Source: Tubiluchus corallicola (Eukaryota; Animalia; Priapulida). From it: DNA of 64,000 bases. Made by a program: the position numbers and the translations under genes. Where the stretch lies: positions 1-64,000 of the forward strand of contig JAQGDQ010000081.1 of the NCBI GenBank assembly GCA_030141605.1. The letters run 5' to 3'. Shown in pieces: positions 12,001 through 27,000 of this stretch (its first letter is position 1; each line of letters opens with the position of its first letter). Under the pieces are notes generated by a model. It was not told the origin of the DNA, made no database searches, and saw nothing but the letters and a program-made list of their open reading frames with translations.

Positions 12001-15000
12001 CTGAACAAAATAGTAGACCAAGAAAGACATTACCAATTTCACGTTTAAAATTAAAGAAATGTTCGTCAGGTAAGCAAATCATTTTTTTAATAAATTTGTA
12101 TTGTTTGATAAATAAAAAAATCTGACTAGATCTTTGTATGTATCAGTCTGGGTTGTCGAGCTTTGAAAACATTTCATAATTGTTTTTTTGCTGATGTATT
12201 TCATACTAACCTGTACCATGCTTATATTTTTGTCGTGTACTTTTGGTACAATGTATATAATGTGATAAATAATGTTTATATTTGAGTGATGTGTGGACAT
12301 TCTAATCATTTGCTATGACATGAATTCTTATTTTGTTTCAGACTTGCCCAGACATCCACTGCCCTTTGTAGCAAAGAACATGTACTTTGACGAACGCTGG
12401 ATGGAAAAACAGGAACTTGGTTTCACACGCTGGCTCAACTTTGTGCTTACACCACCCGATGAACTTCAGCTCCCTGATTCAGAAACCAAATGTAAGCAAC
12501 TATCATGTTGCATTGTACTTTATTCAGTTAAAATTAATTATTTTGCATGAAACGTAGATAATGTAGTAATACTATTACATTATATATTCAAGTGTGCACT
12601 GCCCAGTTATTGCAAACTCTCTGTAGTTGCTGATTTACTGCCTAGTGTGAACTCCTCAATAAGTTGCTCTCGATAGTTTTTACGGTAAATAGTGTCAGCT
12701 CATGCTTACTGTCAGGGAGTAATTCACAGCAAGTTTTGCTTTCTAGTCTTTACATGCTTGCAAGTTACTTAACGAGTTAACATTAGCAAGAGAAAACTCG
12801 CTAATCTGAATGCATCATTACCCTAAACTATACTAAACTAAGCTGGTGGTTGGTGCAACCTCACCATCGCTGCTCAGTCAGGTGGATCAGTTTCCATATC
12901 TAGGAAACCTGAGGCTAGACTCATTAAAGTTCTTAGAAACATTTTTTTTCTAGACTTGTTTGTGCATTGGAAGGTTCTTAGCAGTACACACGAATTTAAT
13001 AAAGCGGTGTTTGTAAAAATCTTCTTAAATTTGTTTGCAATTTTGCGTAAAGCTTAGAACTTAAATACAATTTTGCATGTTGTATATAGTTTATTAAATG
13101 GCTTTGACTGGTATTGTCATAGAAGAAGAACAGGTTGTTAATAATTGATGTGCAGAGGACAAATTTTTCGTAATAGATTAAAATTAGACATTTTAATGAA
13201 ACAATTTACAAATTATCGCAAGCCGTAAGACTTGCATCTCTGCCTCTCTCCGTCACACGTCCATATACTTTTTTATCTGTCTATCTATCTATGTATCTAT
13301 CTCTCTATCATGAAACCAACCAACCGAATTCAAATTCACACATTCCCTAAAATAAAATTGCCATTATATAACTAAACTAAATTAAACAGAAAATGCCTAA
13401 GAAAAGTGTATTCAAAATCTAAGAATTACAAACTTTGCCTAGTCAAACTTTTGCATTATATGTAAAGCCTAGGAAAAGTGTAGAACAAACTATTTTAGAC
13501 ACTTTACCTTGTTTGTTTTGGCACTCTATAGAATACCCCATTTCACACATTGCCTGTAACATATACATTAGTAATTGAGTTGTAGCACAGACTAAAGCTG
13601 ATTTAAATGAGCTTTTGATATACCCACCATGCTTGATTTATTTCAACTTTTGATTGACAATTTTTTCTTAATTTATGTAGTTGATGCGAGCAAGCTTTTT
13701 GCTTTGAGAAAAACAATAAGTGATGGAGATTTGAGGCTTGCTCCTAGTAAAGAAGACGTATCAATCAGAGCGTATACAGCAAAGCGGCATTTGAATCAGC
13801 TTCGGCGTTCTGCTGTTACGTTGTTTCAGTCAGAATCCATTGTTCAAGTCATTGAACGTCTAGAGATACAAGTAGAAAGTGGCAGACTTCAGATACGGAA
13901 AGATGTTGCAATGCATGCTGACTTGGGTAAGCATCCAGTTAAAATGTTTTGCAAAAAGGAAGAGAGTCACATAAACTTCCTTGGGTTCATTTTCATACTA
14001 TTTGTTCCGCAATTTTTTTCTAAAACGAAATTTCTGGATGTGAATTTTTCATTATTCTGAATATCAATTCAGATTTAAATTAATCGTTTTCTGTAAAAAA
14101 GTTCATTGAAATTTGTATAGTCTTAAATTTTCAACACTTGTAGTATTTTCTCTTCTGTCTTTTATTATCAGACTTTCTCCATGTTATTTGTGGTCAATAA
14201 GTTTTTATACGACATTTCAGGAATAAAGCAACGATTCATGGAAATGGTATTATCTTTCAATCCTCTATGGTTACGGATAGGATTAGAAACTGTTTATGGT
14301 GAAGTGTTGCCACTACAGAATAACAGTGACGTTTCTAGACTGTCACGCTTTGTGCTTCATCGCTTGTTGAGAAACCCTGACATTGAGGCAGCATTTGCAC
14401 ATCCTAGCGTAGTGAACTTTTACAAACCTGGTATGTTAAACTCTGTTAGTTACCAGTTCTGCACATGCAGTTTTTTGCTGTTGCTAAAACTGTGATAGAA
14501 TATTTCCACTGTTATTAAAGTGTTTTTAATATGTGGATATGCTGTATAAGTCTTTCTACTGCCTACATTGGAACTGCAAAAAAAAAGTTCGCATTAAGCG
14601 ATTTGTGTAGTATAGCGAGGTGCTTTAACCCGTGTATATCGGGGACACTTTGTTCTTTCGAAAATATGGATGTTAAGCGAGATTGGCATTGTAAAGAGAT
14701 GCAAATGTGAACATTATGTTTTTCCAAAACTTTGGGTGTTAAGTGAGGTTGACATTATAAAGATGTGCATCAATACATACACATAAATTCACAAACCGAT
14801 TAAATTGGTGCACCTTTATCTGATGTGCCAGATTTTTAAGTAAGAAGATCAAAATGACACCACCTGTGATATGGCCGATTGGAAGTTGGAATTACTTTTT
14901 TACCTAGCATCTTTCAACAAAACATTCACTGAATATTGTTTGTTAAAAAGTTTAATGCTTAGACGGTTTTACATTGTTATGTCCTTTGTGAGGCATGGTT

Positions 15001-18000
15001 TTTCAAGAACAGATGGGGAAATCTACATTAAATTTTTAACTAAAATGAGACGTAAGCAGTGTTTGTGATTTCTTTCATATTTTTTATCGTCAGGTTTTGA
15101 GGAAGAAATGAAGCGATTCACATTGAAGAAATTTCTTATTCTTGTATTCTTCTTGGACAGAGCCAAAGAAAGGAAACTTATAGCCCATGATCCTTGTCTA
15201 TTCAGTAAAACAGCAAATTATAAGGTACTTTGCTTTTGTATTTTGAAATGATTCAGGTTCAATTTGGTAGTGAGAAAAGTAATAAGAAATCGTAACAATG
15301 ATGATGGGTTAAACACAAGCACCATGAATGAAACAGCTTAAAGTTTGCTGAATTACTTATCTATGGAATAAAACCCAGACCTCCCATTCTGTAAAATGGG
15401 CACATTAGCAATCAAACTGCTTGCTTAGCAGTTTTCTTAGACGTTTTAAAATTCCCTTTATTCTTTTCTTCAAATTTTTGTGTTTTTTTTTTCAAGTCAA
15501 CAAACGATTTATTAATGGTATTGTCTCGTGATTATCTTGCTGGAGAAGGTAATGTGGTAAAACATCTTGGCTTTCTTGGCTGTAAACTGACACACAAGCA
15601 AACAGCGCTTGATGAGTTCGATTATGCAGTCAAGCATCTAGCAACTGATCTACGTGATGGACTTCGACTAGCGTAAGTATTTGATAACGGAGTTTACACA
15701 AACCTACGTATTACTACTCCTCAGTACATATCTTGGTATGTTATTTCCAAGGCTACAGCTGCATCTTTCTTGACAATTCCTATATCGAATAAAATGTCTT
15801 GATCTAGTGTTTTCTAGCTGGTGGTTTATTTTTCGAAGCACAGCTATTGAGGTGAACACTTGTCTGTAAAATTCGAAATGTAACGAGGTTGTAGCCAGAC
15901 ACAAGGGGGCTGAATACCATGAAATTACACTAAACTACACAAAACTCTTATTCTAAAATATTAAATATCACATTGCTGAGCATATTTTACATAATATTAT
16001 TGCATTCAGTACTATTGTAAGAAAAATGTGTTTGTTAAAGTATGTTCCAATTGATAATGGTGTGCCTAATAAAATCTGCTTAAAAGATAACTTAAAATAA
16101 AAGTGTCATTTTGTTTATCTCACATGTTGATATTAGTTACAGCATAGAGTAACTAATACTGTTCATTGACAGATTTTATTTGTATCACCTCATTTGTCAT
16201 AATATGCTCTTTAGTTTTTTTATTTTACTGACTGACATGCTATAAAGTCTATTATATGTGGAAATCCAATCAAAATAATCAAAATTTTATTTTCATAGGC
16301 AAGTTATGAAGCTGTTGTGCCCTGATTTTAAATTCACCTCAAAGCTACGAGTGCCGGCCATCAGCAGGTTACAGAAAATACATAACATGAATGTTGTCTT
16401 CTCTTACCTTAAGCAGAGTGGAATTAATTTAGGTACGAACTGCCTCTGAATGACGAGTGATTTCCTTTTTGTGGAATGGGTTAGTATGTCATTATGGAGG
16501 CCAGCCACAAAAAATTTGTTTCTGTCTTCTTGAGCTCAGAAGATGTCAGTAGGGAGAGAAGAAAAAATTTTTTTAAAGCTTGCGAATTTTTACGGCTGAA
16601 TCGTGGAATATTTAAAATTTGTTGAAATCAAAGTTTATTTATTTCCCACTGGTTAGCAGTAATGTTTTAAATTTTTTCAATGTGGATTTGTTCACGCTTT
16701 GTTTTTTAGTTTTGCATTACTCAATTATTGATTATTGTATAGTCTCTTTTTTGTGTCATGAATGCACGTATGCTCTGTTAATTATGGTGTAAGCAGCAAG
16801 ACAACAATACATTGATTTCGCGGAAGATTTGATACTTTTCAGCCTCTAATACAATGAGCATCATACAAAACGGCAACTCTGGCTGAGAGTTAGCATGGAA
16901 AAAGGAAAAGGAATTGGATAGGAAAAACATAGCTGCGTCCTGCATTCCCCAAAAGAACGTTGTTATAATAATTATTGCATATTACATGTTCAATTAAAAA
17001 ATTATGCTTTTATATGACTGCATCAAGTATATGAACGTACAAAAAAAAATTATAAAATTCCCGGCCGGGTGTGCGATAAACAAATATTACCTGGTCGATT
17101 AAATGGAAACTGAAGTATTTTTATTATCGGCCCAGCAAGACACTAATTCACTTTAAAACAGTAAATCAGTGATGACATTTGATTATTATCATTAAGTGTA
17201 ACTAGTGTTTCCTTGTTTTTTCAGAAGGCATCACGTCCCGAGACATTGTTGACGGCCACAGAGAGAAGACTTTAGCATTGCTGTGGAGATTAGTCTTCAA
17301 TCATCAGGTATTGACTTTAGCATTATTAATATTTAACTAGCGAGCATTGTTAGTCTTTAGTTAGTTTTTTTTTGCAACTCTCAGAACTTTCAACTGAGAC
17401 CAATGGTTGGCATAGCTGCAGTGAAATAGCAAATAATTTATTGTCATTAAATTGTTTTGCATATTGATTGTTTATAGGTTTTTCATTTTGTAGTTACTGC
17501 TGGAGTCTGTTAATCAAAACAGACTATAATTCGATTTACTTAAAAACAGGGTATCTAAAAGTTGTAATGCTATGGTGCTGAACATATGGAACAGTAAATG
17601 TAGGTTTCAATCAAAAATTCACCAGCACTGGCTGAAAATTTTATGTATATCAAACAGGTCAACATTACCTTTAGTTTTATTGCATTTATTTATACATTTT
17701 TAGTGTGTATTTTAAAACAAATTATTATATAACTGTGAAATTTATAATGCAAATGTGAATGAAATGTCGGGGGGGGGGGGGGTGATTGTGTGTGCTGTAT
17801 ATAGTTGTGTGTTTTATTAATTTTTGACGATATAGGACGCTATATCTTTCGTTTTGTACCCTTTCTAAGATCTGTTTTATGAGGAATAAATTCTAAGATA
17901 AAGGTTTAAATTCAAATCAATTCAAAGTTTTATTTGACAAGGTGGAATCATTGCTCTGCTGCAACAAACTGAAGGCTGAAATCAAGTTCTTGCGGGAAAA

Positions 18001-21000
18001 CAAAGTGGTTAGAGATGCCATGATGTGCCTGGCAACCAAAAATGAGAGCTCACCGGACAAATTGCTGGGACTAACTCGTCTTTCTCACTCTAGTAGTATT
18101 GATACGTATTTCAGGAGTGAAAAGCTGAGTTTGCTGTTAGGATGGTGCCAAGCTGTTTCTGCCCACTACAATATCCAAGTACGTTTAGTGGTACACAATT
18201 GTGTAGGTTGTTTGTAACCAAACCTAGGCTATCATTTGTTTGTGTTGTTATTCTTTTTCCATTTGTCATCAAATTTTTATTAAGTTGCTTTTTCTTTCAA
18301 TCTGTTTTTCACCTACTTTTTAAATTCTAGCTGCAGTGAGTGAGGAATTGTAACTTTCTTTTAGGTTGAGAATTTTACTGTCGCATTTGCAGACGGTCGT
18401 GTACTTTGTCACCTGATTCATCATTATCATAGCGACATGTTGCCCCGTGAAAAGATACACTTGCACACGACGCAGAGCCGCATAATATCAGCTGAGGATA
18501 GCAATTCTGAAGACAGCCTTACAGACTCATGCTATTCAAATTTTCGTAATGGTAAATTTCAATTTTTTATCATGTTAGGTAAAAAAACCTAGCCTATTAA
18601 TTTTTTTACGTTACTCAGAATAACTAAAATATTATGTTGGCCTGGTCTTTTTTCCCTTTTTGCTGAAATCACGAAGATGTTTATAAATTTGAACGTTCTC
18701 TGTTATGTTGCTCAGGTTAAATTAACTCTGCAAATTTGTTAAAAACATCTTGAACATTGTTGAAAAATTAGACAGATTTGAAATTTGACTATGGACTTTA
18801 ATGTGCGAGGCAATTGCTTTGGTTTGCATTTTTTATCTGTATTTGTTTATTTATTAATTTCATTTCTTATTTCAGAAACTGGGAAGAATCTTGACGAGCA
18901 CCTTTTGGAACATGAGAAAGAAAATCTTAAGCTGGCTTTTAGCAAGGTATATAATTTAGGAACTATTTAACCTTGTGACGGACTGACAATTTTAAAGCAA
19001 TAATGTAGCGATATAAAATACATTGCAACAATAAATGAAAACATTTATATATTATGTATCTGGAATATTGTTTTGCTTATTTTTGATATAAAAATGTTTA
19101 AAGTAGATCCCTTTTGTATGGGAGTTAAGTATCTGTGTATGTACCTGTATTTATATGTAAAATGTATGTATTTGTAGCAGCACAATAGTTTTTAAAAAAG
19201 TTGTTAGGTAGAACTGAATAACGTTACTATAATGACAGTTTGAATTTATTGCGCAGCCAAAGAATGTGATTGTTACAGTTTATTACAGTTTCTGTATGTG
19301 ATTACACATCTCTTATTTTAATATGTGAGTGCCCTTGGCAAAAATGATTGCTAGGCTGAATTAATCGATTAATCGTCAGTAATTAGTCAGTGAAAGACTA
19401 GTTCAAAAGTCTACAAAGAGATTTTATACATTGTCATTCAATCTTATTGAAACTTATTTCTAGACAACTAGCTTTCTTAATTTTTTTTTGTGTATAAACA
19501 CATTTTTGCTAAAGTTTGCAAAACCCCACACACAAGAAATTAGTTCGTGAAGGGCCATGGTAAGTGTTAGGGTTAGGATTGGTGGCAGGGTTAGGATTAC
19601 AGTATTTAAATTGTGCGGGGAATTGTAAACTCGAATCCTTAATGTTTTGCTTGAAATATTTATCTAGATTAATGAGCTGGGAGGTGTGCCCATGCTGACG
19701 AGAGTTGCTGATATGTGTAACACCATACCCGATGAGAAGGTTGTTATTACGCTAGTTACGTTTCTCTGCTTACGCTTGCTGGATTTGCGTGATGAGATTC
19801 ACGCTTCACGAATCATTCAGATTGCCTGGCGCAAGTACAAGATACGTCGTGATGTCAAATTTATGCAGGTGTGCAATTAACGTCAGCATGCTGCTAAGTT
19901 GACTCATTTATAACTCTGATCATAAGCAAATGTTTTTTTTGTGGTTGGTTGGTCTGTGGTTGGCATAAAAGCTTGTTTGATGTTTAATTTTCTGACGATC
20001 AGCTCCTGACAATAGAAATGCGGGACAGCGCATAAATTTGAACCAGTGACATCTCGCTTACAAGGTGGCATTCATGACTGCTAGAGTTCTAGGATGAGTC
20101 ATCACCACTGGAGCAGTGGTCTAGGAAGCTTGCGACATTCACCTTGTAGGCGAAACATCCCTGATTCATTTCCAGGCTTTTTCGTGACTTTTCCACAATT
20201 CCTGCTTTTTGAGCAAGTGTGGTTTCAAAATTCAACAATTGTGGTGTATTCCGCCATTAATAATAATAATTTTGGACAAGTAATATTATTATTGTCATCA
20301 TAAGCTGTGTATTTAGATGTGCTGTGTTTTCATAGAATTAAGTACAAAATATAACTTGTTGTATTCGTGTTAGCACAGCTGTAAAGAATTTTGAAAAAAA
20401 CTAATGTTTTTTTAATAATTATAAATTTTAACAAAATTTTAAAAGTCATTACTTCTGACGTGACTGAAAATATTATTGTCTGTTTCAGCAACAAAACGAT
20501 GCAGCCAGAATTATCCAGTACCACATTCGAAAGTTTCTTTATAAGCGACGTCACCGCAGAGTGATTCACATGACTGTCATGTTACAGTCCCGTCTTCGTG
20601 GCAAGTTGGCCAGGAAAGAAGCACAACGAGTCCGCGCAGAGAAGTGTCAACATTTACATGAGAATTCTGCGATCAAAATTCAGGTATTTTCTTTTATTGA
20701 TTACTTTCACACAACAGAATTAAGTATGTAATGGAAATGTTGTGTCAGAACATAACTTTATATTTCACGAGTACAAATGTTCAATCTAGAAGAAGAGCTG
20801 TGTTGTTATTTGTTTTATTTGTTGTTATCTGTGGTGCTGAGATGTTTTATTTTTTGTCGTTTAGACTGTGGTGAGACGTTATCTAGCAGTGATTCGATAC
20901 CGAAAAATGTTGAAGGCAACTGTGCTTATCCAGTCTGCAGTACGTGGTTACTTTCTCAGGAAGAAAATACGGAAACAAAATAGTGCAGCAGCAAGAATCC

Positions 21001-24000
21001 AATCATGGTACATTGCACTGAAACAAGGAAAGGCTCAGCGTGATGAGTATCTACGCTCAAAGAAAACAGCCATTTATATACAGTCTTGGTGGCGGAGTGT
21101 TTCACAGTGCCGACGCTATAAGCTTGAAAAGCACTTAGTGATTAAGCTTCAGGCACGTGTGAAAGCACATCAGGTCAGAGTTGCATATTGTTCTGTGCGC
21201 AAAGCTGCTATTGTGATACAGTCCAGGTATAGAGCGAGAAATCTTTGCAAAAGGCAGCGTGATGAATATCAGCGAATTGTACGTGCAGTTGTAGTCATTC
21301 AGTCACACTGGCGTAGACGTCAAGTGTTGGACCTGTTGCAGTCACAAAAAGCGGCAGCTGTTACAATTCAATCGTACATCAGATGTCTAACTGCTCGCAA
21401 ACAATACGTCAAAATGAAGCAAGCTGCTGCCTGCATACAAGGGCATTTCCGAGCCTATGTTGCCGGAAAGCAAGAAAGGTCTTTGTTTCTTAATAAAAGG
21501 TCAAATGCCATAATTATTCAAAGATGGTTTAGAGCATCGTACAATAGAATACAGGAGCAAAATAATAAAGCAGCTATGCAAATTCAATCATTTTATCGAA
21601 TGTATGCAGTCAGGAAAAAGTTCTTGATACTAAGAAAAGCTGTGATAACAGTTCAATCACATTGGAGAGGATTTACAGACAGGAAGCATGCAAGAGAACG
21701 CCTTTGTGCGGTAAAAACACTTCAGTCTCACATAGTGGCGTATAATCTAAGGTGTAAAGCTCATAGAGAGTATTGTTTGCAGAGGAATGCGACTCTAACA
21801 ATACAGGCAACATATAGGATGTTAGTTGAAAGAAGGAATTTCTTTAGAAGAAAGCAAGCAGCTGTGGTAATTCAATCTTTCTATCGAGGTATGATAGCGA
21901 GAAATGAAAGAATGAAACGAATGGCTGCAGTCCGTACTTTGCAAATTCGATTCCGTGCTAATGTTGAAGCTCACTGTCAAAGGGAATTGTACACACATAT
22001 GAGAGCATCTGCTGTACTCATCCAAAAAGTTTATAGAGGTTACGTACTGCGAGAAGAGTTCCTTGTCATTAGGTCAAGCATTATAAAAATTCAGTCGTAC
22101 GTCCGAGGTTGGCAAGCAAGGACTGAAAAAAGACGGCGTTTATCAGCTTTAATAGCTCTTCAGAAATGGTGGAAATTAGTTTTTGATGGAAGAGTACAAC
22201 GAGCCGAGTACATAAGACTGAAAACTGCCACCGTTGTTTTGCAGTCTGTTTTTAGAGGTTATCGTCAATGCAACTGTTATCGAACAATCCGTTCTGCTGC
22301 CGTCAAAATACAAGTCTCATATCGTGGCTATCGACAGAGGTTAACATTCAAGAAGACATTGTGGGCTGTGTCAGTAATTCAACAAAGATACAAAGCTAAG
22401 GTTTCTGGCAGAAGAGAAGTGCACGCTTACAATGAGAAAAGAATAGCTGTTGTGAAGTTACAGTCTCATCTCAGGTGTATCATACAGCGCCACAAATACA
22501 TTAAATGTTACAAAGCCGTTATATGTATACAGTCTTATTATCGCGGCTGGCACCAACGACGGGAGTTGAGGCGGCAAGCACTTGCAGCAGTTTGCATTCA
22601 GGTGCATTACAGGGCTTACATCATCGGAAAGCTGACGCGCCAAGAATATCTCCTAATGAAGATATCAGCAATAATCATTCAGTCAGCTTTTAGGCGATTT
22701 ACTGTACAGAAGAGTTATCTATATATTCAGTCATCAGTAGTTTTGATTCAGTCACACATCCGTAGTTTTCTTGCACGGAAACTTAGGGACGAAAAAATGA
22801 AAGCTGTGTGCACCATCCAGTCTTATTTTAGAGCTTGGCATACTGGAAAATTGCAGCTTCAGCGGTATTTGACGATGAAATTAGCTGCCATTACAATACA
22901 AGCTGCATACAGGGGTTTTGTTCAAAGAAAACAGTATCTAAAATTACAAGGTGCTGCTATTATTATTCAGGCATATTGGCGAGGACAACAGGCAAGAAAA
23001 TGTTGCTCAGTGTGCATGAATGCAGTTTTACTATTGCAAATGCATATGAAAGCAACATTAGAATGCAGACGCCAAAGAGAAAAATACCTAAATTTAAAAG
23101 CAGCAGCTGTACTTGTACAGTCAGCTTATCGAGGCTACAAAGAAAGAAAACGATACAGACAGATTCGTGAAGCCACTATCCTTTTGCAGTCGCATTGTCG
23201 TGGTTGGATCGATAGAAAGAAAAGAGATAGGCAACTGTGGGCTGTTACTGTAGTACAGAGGCGTTACAGGGCGAGACAACTGTGTATCTGGCAAAGAAGC
23301 TGTTTTCTGGCGACGAGGAAATCTATAGTGACTGTTCAGTCAGTTGTACGACAGTTTGTTCTTAGAAAGAAATACTTCAACATTCGTGCAGCCGCAGTTG
23401 TGATACAGTCTTATTTCCGCATGTGGCAAGCTGTGAAAGTACGAAGGAGGAAAATGAATGCTGCTATGGTAATTCAGGCAGCTTACAGATCACACCTGCT
23501 GCAGAAGAGAAAAAGAGAGCGCTTACAAGCTGCTGTAATGCTGCAAAGTCACATTCGTTTATTCTTACAACAAAAGCAGTATTTGCGACAAAGGCAAGCA
23601 GCTGTCAAGATACAGTCGTGGTACAAGAGGAAGGTAGTGCAGAGGGATTTCGCTACATTAAAGCATGCGACTATGATTATTCAACAAAGATTTCGTGGCT
23701 GGTTGTTGTGTAAGCATCTGCGGCAGCAGTATTTACAAGACAGAGTGGCCATCATACGTGTTCAAGCATGTGCCAGACGTTGGAAAGTTAAAAAAGAGCT
23801 GCAGCATCAGCATCTTGCTGCATTAACCATCCAAAGTAATTACCGAATGTATAAAACTGTCAATCAGTACAAGAAGGTAAAACAGTCTACTATCACCTTG
23901 CAAAAGCACACTAAAGCTTGGATCTGTGGTTGCAGAACAAGACGTGACTATGTCAAATTAAAAAGATCAGTTGTGGTTTTGCAGAAACACTATCGAGGAT

Positions 24001-27000
24001 TACAGGATAGAAAGTATGTTACTAAAGTAAGATCAGCACGAATTATACAAGCTTGGATCCGTGGTTGCTTGGTAAGGAAATCTTTAGCTAGGGAAGCTTC
24101 AGCAGCCACTGTGATTCAAGCAAATTTCAAAACATGGAAATTGAAGAAAGCATATTTGCAAAAACGGCAATGTGCAGTAACAATACAGCGATACTATCGA
24201 TCTCATGTTCTTGCAAACAGTCAGCGTATGGACTTCTTACATTTGAGACAATCGTCTTTGATTATTCAGAAGTACTATCGTGCAATGCAAGGTCGAAAGG
24301 AAGCACATTTACTAAGAGCTGCAAGAAAGGTGCAAGCCGTTGTAAGATGTTGCGTCACACGGCGTCAGTACACGCGTCTTCGTATAGCAGCTGTAAAAAT
24401 ACAGGCAACTTATAAGATGATGATTGTACGAGATGATTATGCTAATCTGCGACTTGTTGTCAAACGCTTGCAGGCTCGCGTACGTGCGAATCGAGGTAGC
24501 AAACGTATGAGAGTAGAATACTTGACTTACAGAGCTGCGGTTGTAACTATTCAGGCATATTTCAGAGGTTGGCAAAGCAGACGACTAGCTCAACGAGAAA
24601 GAGCGGCGAGAAAGATTCAAGCGTTTTATCGAATGCATCGTACCAGAGCGAGATTTGTCAGATTTAAAATTGCTGTGATACAACTACAATCACATTGGCG
24701 GAGGAAAACTGCACAGAACCAATTCATTATACTCAGAACTGCGACTAGCTGTTTGCAAGCATTTTATCGTCGATACTTGTACACAAAGAGAATTCAGAAG
24801 GAATTTCAGCAAACCAGAAAGTCAGCGATTGTATTACAGGCTAGATATAAATGTATTATGCAAAGGAGACATTTCTTGACAATGAGGTGTGCAGCCATTG
24901 TTATACAGAAATCTTATCGAGCGTATGCGCTACAGAGGGAATATCAGCAGAAGCAAAGGTCTGCGATTGTGTTGCAAGCATATTGGAAGATGCAGCTCGC
25001 TTCTACACGTTTCCGTAATATGCGAAAAAGTGTGGTGATTATACAGACGGCTTTTCGGAAGCATTGCTTAAGAGAAAGGCAGAAACAGTGGAATTCGGCA
25101 GTCACATTGCAATCTGCATTTCGCTGTTACAAAGCAAAACAGTTGGTGAAACGACATCGTTCTGCAACCAGGCTGCAAGCTGCCATTAGGGGATGGTTGA
25201 CAAGGAAAAAGGTACTAATGTAGTTTTTTATTCACTGAAAAACAACTAATCTATACAGTTAATTTTGCGAACTATAATTCATTGTTGTAACACTATTTTA
25301 TATTTGATTAATTTTGTTTATTTTGCATAAGCAGACAGAGCTCATATATAAATTGTACAATGAAATCAATTGGTCTTAAGACAGTAAAATATAGTAAAGG
25401 AGAATGAACAGTGAAATTATTAAAAATAATTATGTTTTTTGGTCTACATGCACAGATAATTAATATACACAGTAGCAAGACAGTATGTTCCATTTTTTAA
25501 TATTCTTATGACTTAGCATGTAAGCGAGACTGCAGGTTGCACAAACACACAGAAAGAAAATATCTAGATCATATACTAGTCACTCGACTGTTCTACTTTG
25601 TGAACAGTGTATTAATAAAATTGTATTATTGTATGGTAGTCATTAGGGTATGTCAGTTTGTGTTTCTGGATTGAGATTCAAAATATTTTTGTTATGTGTG
25701 TATGTACTGTTAGTTCAAATGCAGCTGAATATCTGACCATGAATTTTTTGTTCTGATTGTCATATACCACACAATGATAACACATGACTAATTCGTAATG
25801 TCAAGAATTGAAACCATGCAGAGCTTTTTTAACAGTAAAACAATCTATTTCAGAGTATCATCATCAATTAATCCAAGTATTTATATTCGTACAGATGCGT
25901 GAGGAAGCTAGGCTGACATGGTTGAAGCATTATGCAATTGTGGTGAGGAATCATCTATGCGCAGTTACTGTACAACGTGCATTTAGGAATTATTTAGCTC
26001 GTCGTCGAGCATTGGAAAACTTGCAGACAATTATCTACATTCAGGTTTGTTGTTAGTTAGCATGCATCAGAGACAGTCAGCTAACATAAGTCAACTTGGT
26101 GAAAGGTTTTATCTATTGCTGACCACTGTCCTGTCATGTAGACCCAAGGCCTGTGAGGTGTTATTTAATTATTTTAGTTCTCTACCTGCATGAAGCGCTT
26201 TCGTGGTCAAGATATTTTGCATACTATGCAGAAATGATTTATGTCCATGTACAAAACATTTTGACTGCCCAAATAAATCATCCAGCAGATAAGTTTGCTG
26301 GTCATTACCCTATCTTGATAATTAACGTTAAATAATTAAAATTGTGCTTAAGCTCAAAGAGAATTAGAAGGTCACAACACTGGCCAAATACTTTTGTACT
26401 TTGCAACCTTCTCTATTTTTATATTGGTATTCGTCTGAATTTCACAAAATACTGTCTTTGTACATTCGTATAAAAATATTTATATAGTAACACCAAATTG
26501 CAGTACTTCTCATAAAACTAGAAAGCAAGTAATGTTAGGCTAGGATATTACTGAGCAACAGCCATAAACATTGTGTAAATAGTCAATAATAAAATGTTTG
26601 AATGTACAAAAACTTCATTAATAAAGTCTTGACACTGCAGAGGTTTTGGAGAGCAAGACATCAACGACTAAAGTTCCTAGCTTTTCGGCAAAGAGTGGTG
26701 CTTCTTCAAACTGTAGTCAGAAGATGGCTGCGGCGACGACATCAAGCCGCTTCTACTATACAAACTGTTGCTAGGCAATGGTTGTGCAAGCGTAAACTGA
26801 TGAGAATGGAGAAATCAGCTGAAATAATACAGGTAAGCAAATGAAAATATATAAACAGTGCGTTATTGTTTCTTGACCTTTTATATTTCGATATGTTGTA
26901 ATCCTTGAATGTGTTTATAATGAGACGTAATAACTGATTTGCAGCCTTACTAAGGGTATGTAAAATTCTTGCAAAATAAATAGGAACAGTCTAATAAAAC

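Noticed and set aside
12600-12760. Structured ncRNA in an ASPM intron
   Set aside because: Only a weak imperfect inverted repeat, no recognisable snoRNA/miRNA signature; most likely an old MITE
21822-24575. Alternative-frame ORFs inside the IQ exon
   Set aside because: Short shadow frames of repetitive coding sequence
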